A stretch of 64,000 nucleotides of DNA. It comes from an uncultured Actinomycetota bacterium (GTDB taxonomy: Bacteria; Actinomycetota; Actinomycetes; Mycobacteriales; SCTD01). Below the pieces are notes generated by a model. The model saw only the letters and a program-made list of their open reading frames with translations, was not told the DNA's origin and searched no databases. Within the stretch, counting starts at the first letter, position 1. Every line of letters starts with the position of its first letter. Where the stretch lies: assembly GCA_963761695.1 (NCBI GenBank), contig CAVXIB010000001.1, positions 200,057 through 264,056 on the forward strand. The letters are read 5' to 3'. Both the position numbers and the translations under genes were made by a program. Positions 58,552 through 64,000 of the stretch are shown here, in pieces.

Positions 58552-61335
58552 TGGGCCGCGCCGTCGTCGTGGTCCTCGCGCCACCCGGAGCCGTGCCCGC
58601 CGCCGTCCGCGACGTCCTGCGCGACTGGGTCTCGCTCGGGCTCGTCCAGCCTTTGGTCTGGGTGGAGGCGGTCGACGTCGATCCGGGCGGCGCGCTGTCG
58701 AGCGTCGTCGGGACGCACCTGCTCCCCGGCGACGCCCCGCGCGTCCGGGTGCAGGACCACCTCGCGAACGAGCGCTCGCTGGAGGTGCTCCGCCTCGTGG
58801 CCCTCGGGTCGGTCGGCGCGGAGACGACGCTGGTCCCGGCCGCGCTCGCCGGCCACCTGAACACCCAGCTGAGCGCGGCCGCCCCGGGCCGGCTGGTGGC
58901 CCTGCAGTGCGTGCTGACGAGGCAGGGCGCCGGGGGGTGGGAGCCCGACCTCGCCGTTCCCGGCTGGCGCACGCTCGTCGTCGCCCCGGAGGACTCCTGG
59001 AGCCCGGGGCGCACCACCACGGAGTTCGCCGTCGACGGCAACGACGCGGAGTTCGTCGCCCACGCCGCGGCCGGGCTGGCCTCGGTGGCCGGTCTGTGGA
59101 CGGGCGTCGGCCAGGGACCGTTCGACGGCGCGTCCTCGGCCAGCGACGAGCCGCAGGTGGTGCGGGCGTACCTGCGGCGCCTCGACACCGCGGCGCTGAC
59201 CAGCCGGCTCCGGCGCACCCTGACCGACGTCTCGGCCGGCCTCCCGCTCCCGCAGAGCACCCAGGGCCGGATCGAGGCCATGCAGGACCCGGCGGCCGGC
59301 GTCGGCCAGGTGGCGCAGGCGCTGGTCGACCAGCACCCCGCGCTGTTCGAGGTGGCCTGGGTGCAGGCCGAGCAGGTCGCCAAGAAGCGGATCACCGCGT
59401 GGGCCGCGATCGCGCTCTTCTTCGCCTTCCTGTGGAGCGCGCTGCGGGGGGCTCCGGGCAACCTGCTGGCCCGGCTGCAGGACCGCGGGGCGATCGCCAT
59501 CGCCCGTCGGGTGCAGGCAGCCCTGTTCGGGGGCGACAGCCGCTACGAGGTGGTCATGCGCGGTCTGGACGCCTCCGGCCAGACGGCGGGCGTCGGAGAC
59601 CTGTCGGCCGCGGCCGACGACGTCCGCGACCGGCTGGCGACCGTCGTGCCGACCGAGGGCGCCGCCACCGACCTGTCCGGCTTCTGGAGCGACGTCGCCG
59701 CCGGCGGCCTGTCCCTCGCCGACGGCGGCAACCACGGCTCCACCGTCGGTCCGCTCACCGTCGCCGGCACGCCCCGCGTCGTGCGCGACACGGCCCACGT
59801 CGCCCCCGCCCCGACCGACGCCTTCCCGCTTCCTCCCGCGGTGGCGGCCAGGCTGGGAACGCCGTCGGTGTCGCCCTACGACCAGCTGGCCCAGCAGCAG
59901 GCCGCCGAGGTCCTGGCTCAGGTCGCCCCCAGCGATCCCGCCAACGAAGCGCTGGCACGGTGGCGGCAGCGGACGGCGGCCAGCTACACCGGCCTGCTCG
60001 GGGCGCGCCTGTCGGGCGACGTCGAGTTCCGGCGGCAGTCGCTGAGCAGCCTGCTCGACCAGCTCCGGGTCGACGGCGACGGCGTGGACGAGTCCGAGCT
60101 CGCCCGCCCGCTGCGCGCGGCCAGGAGCATCCTGCTCAGCAGCCTGATCGGCCTCGTCGTGATCGCCGGCCTCACCTACCTCGTGCACCGGCTGGAGCTG
60201 CTGACCACCCTGGTGCTCACGCTGTCGGTCGTCGTGCTGGTGATCGGCTGGCTGGTCAGCCAGGTGCTCGCCCTGCTGGCGGAGCAGCGCAAGGTGTTCG
60301 CGCTGATGAACGCCCAGACCAGGCGCGACGAGGCGCTCGCCCTGGCCGGGCGCAACGTGCCCATCGCCGCCGCGGCGCTGTACCTGTCGACCACCCTCTA
60401 CCAGCAGTACCTGGCCTGGGCACCGGTGCTCGGTCGCTTCCTGCGCGAGCCCTTCGGTCCCGTGCCGGAGCCCGCTCCGGCGACCCGCCTGCACGGCACC
60501 CTTCCCCGGGCGGTCGGGTTCGGCGTGGCCGACACCGACGACGAGCGGCTGGCCGCCGTCGCCCACGACCTGGGGGGAGTGGTCTTCGACCGCGGCTGGC
60601 TGCAACCCCTGTGGGAGGCGTTCCTGGCCGAGGCCCCACGGCTGCTCGGCACCGAGCGGACTGGCCCTGCGCGACGACCCGCGCCTGCTCTACCAGGACT
60701 CCGCCCGCGACGAGGACGGCCTGCTGCGCCGCTGGTCGGCCGCCGTCGTCGAGCAGGGCGTCCCGGCAGGAGCCGGCGACGCCCTGTGGCGCCGGGCCCG
60801 GGCCGCCCTGGTCGGCCGGGGCGCGGCACGCCTGTCGGAGGACCTGCTGACCCACGTCGAGGTCCAGGCGCAGCAGTCCCACGGCATCACCGAACCGGTC
60901 ACCGGCAGGCAGTTCTTCACCGAGCTCACCGACGCGCTCGCCGACGTGGACCGCCACTACCTGTCGCCGCGCAGCTTCACCGACCTCGCGGTGACGCAGG
61001 ACCGGCATCGGGTCGCGGCCACGGTCGCGCTGGGTCGCAGCGACGTGGCGACCCTCGGCACGGCTGGTACGACGTCGACCGGCGTCCGCTGGGTGGAGCC
61101 GCAGGAGCGTGAGGACGGCGATCTCGACCAGTTCCTCGTCATCGTGCAGACCACCTCCGCCCTGTCCGGATCGCTGCTGACCCTGGCGTCCCGGCCGGAC
61201 GCACCGGCGGACTTCTCGACCGGGCCGGTGACCCGACCGACCGGCCGCTTCGGTGCTCCCGGCGCTCCCGAACCCAGCGGTTTCCGCCAGCCCGACGTCC
61301 AGACCACCTCCGCCGACGAGACCCCCCTCATCTGA
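58551..61335 (+). CDS. Operon gene D: large protein with alpha/beta N-terminal domain, helical stalk and TM hairpin (apparent frameshift near 60665)
   Basis: ATG overlaps the gene C stop (TGATG). MGRAVVVVL, GW.TLVVAPED, TM pair at ~60130-60280, ends DETPLI. Confidence 0.8.
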
Positions 61336-61336
61336 C

Positions 61337-62347
61337 GTGGTCGACTCCCTGCCCTCCCTCTGCTCGGCGCAGCCTCGTGCTGCTGCTCCTCACGGCTGCC
61401 CTGTTCTGGGGCGTGGCCGGGGCGGCCGCGGCCCGGCGCTCGGGTCGGTCGCGGCTGCTGGGCGCTCGTCGGCGGGCTCCTGCCCGGACTCGGCGCGCCC
61501 CTGATGCTCCTCCCGAGGGCCGGTGTCCGCACGGACCGCGCGCCCGCCGCGGCGGCTGTCCCCACCCTGCCGGAGCGGACCCTCCCCGCCGCGCCGTGGC
61601 CGGTCCCTGAACCCGGCCCCGGTTCTCCCCGTCGCCGGCTCGGGCTTCGCGCAGCAGGCGAGGGGCGGTGGGTTCGCCAGTCGCACGTCCGGGCGGGCGG
61701 TCGCCCCTCCGAGCACCGGCTTCGCGTCCACAGCCTCCGCAGCTCCCGGTCTCGGTGCTCCCGGTGCCGGTGCTCCCGGTGCCGGTGCCGGTGCCGGTGC
61801 CCCCGGGTTCGCCGTCGCCGCCCGGCGGACCGTGGCGCCCCCGGTGGTCAGCGCGGGTCCCTTCCGCGGCAGCGGGGTCGGCGCACCGCGGGGGCCTGGT
61901 CGCTGCTGCTCGCCCTCCCGGCGGCGCTCGCGGCGCTCGCCCTGCTGTCGGCATCCGCTCAGCCGTGGCTGGTCGTGCAGGCCTCCACCGTGAAGGCAGC
62001 GGGATCGGGGCCGGCACGTTCGGCTTCTCCGGACTGCTGGTCGTCGTCGGCCGCGCTCGCCATGGTGGCCCTCGCCGTCGCGCAGGTCGCCCGCCCGCGC
62101 GGCAGCTGGCCCGTGCTGGGGGCCGCCGTCGGAGCCACCGCCCTGCTGGTGTCGCTGGAGATCCTGCTGGCCACGGACACCGCCCGCGACCTCGTCGCGC
62201 TCGCCGGAGACCGCGTGCCCCGCGGCACCGGCGTCCGCTCCGGCGCTGGCGCCCGGTCGCTGCTGCTGGCCGGCGCGCTCGCCTCCCTCTGGTCGGTGCT
62301 GGCGATCGCCACCTGCCCTGCCCGCGTCGATCTCGCCCCGGCGCTAG
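61337..62347 (+). CDS. Operon gene E: multi-TM membrane protein with central Gly/Ala/Pro/Phe low-complexity linker (several apparent frameshifts; end approximate)
   Basis: Hydrophobic segments stitched across frames (LLLLTAALFWGVAGA; WSLLLALPAALAALALLS; WPVLGAAVGATALLVSLEILL; SLLLAGALASLWSVLAIA) and (GCCGGT)n repeats. Confidence 0.55.
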
Positions 62348-62374
62348 CCCGACCCGTTCAGGAGCCGCACCCTC

Positions 62375-64000
62375 ATGTCCGATCCCCGCCTGCTGCAGGC
62401 CCTGCTCGCCTGGCGTCAGGACCAGCTGGACTCGGCGCGGCCGAGGCCGCCCTGCCTCTGGTCGGCGACCTCACCACCATCGCCTCGACCGAAGGGGTCA
62501 ACCGGGCGGCGCTCGACACGCTGCCGCTGCAGCGGCTCGACCTCGTCCTGCAGTTCGCCCCCGGGGTGCTCAGCACGCTCCGGCAGGCGCGCAAGGCGGT
62601 AGAGGCGGCCGGACCGCTCCCGGAGCCGGTTCCGCCGTCGGCCGAGCCGGCCCGGTCCCCGGCGCAGAACCCCCCAGGAGTCGCCGCGTTCGCGCCGCCG
62701 GGCCGGCGCCGCCCCGACGCCGGCCCCGCCCGCCGCTGACCCGGGATTCTTCGCGTGGAGCAACCGCGAGACTCCCGCTGCGGAGGTCGCCCCGCCCCGG
62801 AGGCCGGGAGCCGGTCGGGGCCGGTCGACGGCGACGGCCCCGTCCCGTCCTCGCGCCGGCAGTCCCGCCAACGCGGCCCCGAACGCGACGAGCCGTCGCT
62901 GCGCGCGGAGGGCTTCGCCGCGTTCGACCTCGCCGCAGCCGTACCCGCAGAGGTCGGCCGGCCGCGGACCACGCCGACCGACCAGGGCATCCGGCTGAGC
63001 GTGGGAGCCCGACTCGCCCCCGGGCAGACGGTGCTGTACCGGGTGGTGCACCGGGACGACTTCGAGGTGTGGAGCCCGGACGAGGCCACCGTCCTGTCGG
63101 TCACGACGACGACCGCCGCAGTCGACCCGGGACCGTTCAGCGCCGCCGTGCGCTTCTACGCGGTCTGGGTGAACGTGGCGCGGACGAGGCCGCGGCCCGC
63201 GGCGGCCCAGCCCAGGCTGCTCGTCAAGGGGGAGGTGGTCGGCCGCCCCCACGCGGGTCCGGGTCGAGCAGGACCATGGCACGGTCTACGTCTCCTGGGA
63301 CGCCGTCGGGGCGGTCGAGCGGGTGGAGGTGCTCAGGGTGCCCGTCGCGGAGGCGGCGACGTCCACCGGCTACCAGCGCAGGTTCTCCGTCGGCGAGGTG
63401 CGCGGTCGCCGCAGCTACCAGGACGACGGCTGCGAACCCGGCACCGAGTACGAGTACCGCCTGTTCGCCGGCTGGACCGACCCGGCGACCGGCCTGGAGC
63501 GCACCAGCGCGCCGGCGACCGCGCGGGTCCTCGTCGGCACGGTGCTCACGCCGGTGCGGCGGCTCGACATCGCCGAGCGCGTCGTCGGCGACCGGACCGT
63601 CGTCGACCTCGCCTGGGACCAGCCCAGCCGCCACGACGTGGTCGTGTACCGGACCGCGACCCCTCCCTCCACCGGGGCGGCCCTGGCCGACCTCGACGTG
63701 TCGGCCCTGCCCGGGGCCGGACTGCCCGACGACCAGCGGCTCAGGGCCGAGCCGCACCTGGACGCCGGCCGGGCCGGGCTGTCCGGCATCGCCTGGCCGC
63801 AGGACTGGCCCCGGGTCCACTTCACCGCCGTCTCGATCAGCGGGACCGCTGCCCGCATCGGTGACACGGCCACCCTCAGCCGCACCAGCCGGGTCGAGGA
63901 CATCCGGATCGTGGAGCGGGTGGACTGGCAGCTGCTGACCTTCAGCTGGCCGTCCGGGGCGGTGTCGGTCTCCGTGTCGACCACGCCCCGGGGCATGACG
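62375..64000 (+). CDS. Operon gene F (3' truncated): HRDC-like N-terminus, Pro-rich linker, tandem FNIII-like beta-sandwich domains (several apparent frameshifts)
   Basis: AGGAG Shine-Dalgarno then ATG. MSDPRLLQALLAWRQ; VLYRVV; VYVSWD..VERVEVLR; Y.D.GCEPGTEYEYRLFA; VDLAWDQP..VVVYRT; LLTFSWP. Confidence 0.7.

Noticed and set aside
55380-61112. Single 1910 aa ORF
   Set aside because: An artefact of frameshifts. The translation is mostly out-of-frame R/P/G-rich text until MGRAVVVV at 58551, where gene D starts overlapping the gene C stop.
51480-64000. Prophage, ICE or type VII secretion locus
   Set aside because: No integrase, transposase, tRNA/att site, phage structural gene, FtsK-type ATPase or WXG100 protein is recognisable in the visible part.

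Overview
High-GC actinobacterial chromosome segment (mycothiol and F420 genes; Frankiales/Geodermatophilales-like). It carries many single-base indels, even in essential genes, so it is probably an error-prone long-read or MAG consensus. Bases 1-26.4 kb are a conserved housekeeping block, mostly on the minus strand: priA-def-fmt-rsmB, [diguanylate cyclase], rpe, ribD-ribE-ribBA-ribH-hisG, transporters, dacB, SseB, infC-rpmI-rplT-trmH, a PAS kinase, pheS-pheT, an SDR and argC-argJ. Bases 26.5-51.5 kb resemble the region that usually flanks the actinobacterial proteasome locus: RecB-family nuclease, HAD, metH, PAC2, mshC, SCO1664, DUF3090, His-phosphatase, two uppP copies, LLM-F420, aldo-keto reductase, RecD2-like helicase, DUF5703 and M20 peptidase, with a few inserted sugar and acyl genes. 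Bases 51.6-64 kb are the standout: a >12 kb co-directional, tightly coupled operon running off the window end. It encodes a Gly/Pro/Phe-repeat membrane protein, a membrane-anchored vWA (MIDAS) protein, a giant FtsZ/tubulin-like GTPase, a large transmembrane-hairpin helical protein, a second membrane protein, and a protein with an HRDC-like N-terminus followed by FNIII-like repeats. This is a candidate membrane-remodelling or conflict system. Regulatory signals seen directly: an ARG box at argC, back-to-back PafBC-type (TGTCGG-N10-TANNNT) promoters for priA and the RecB-family nuclease, about a dozen leaderless TANNNT promoters, an ATC-initiated infC with a leader hairpin, and three CTG starts overlapping upstream stop codons. 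No CRISPR array, tRNA, rRNA or mobile element was seen. All family assignments come from recognising motifs by eye; no searches were run.
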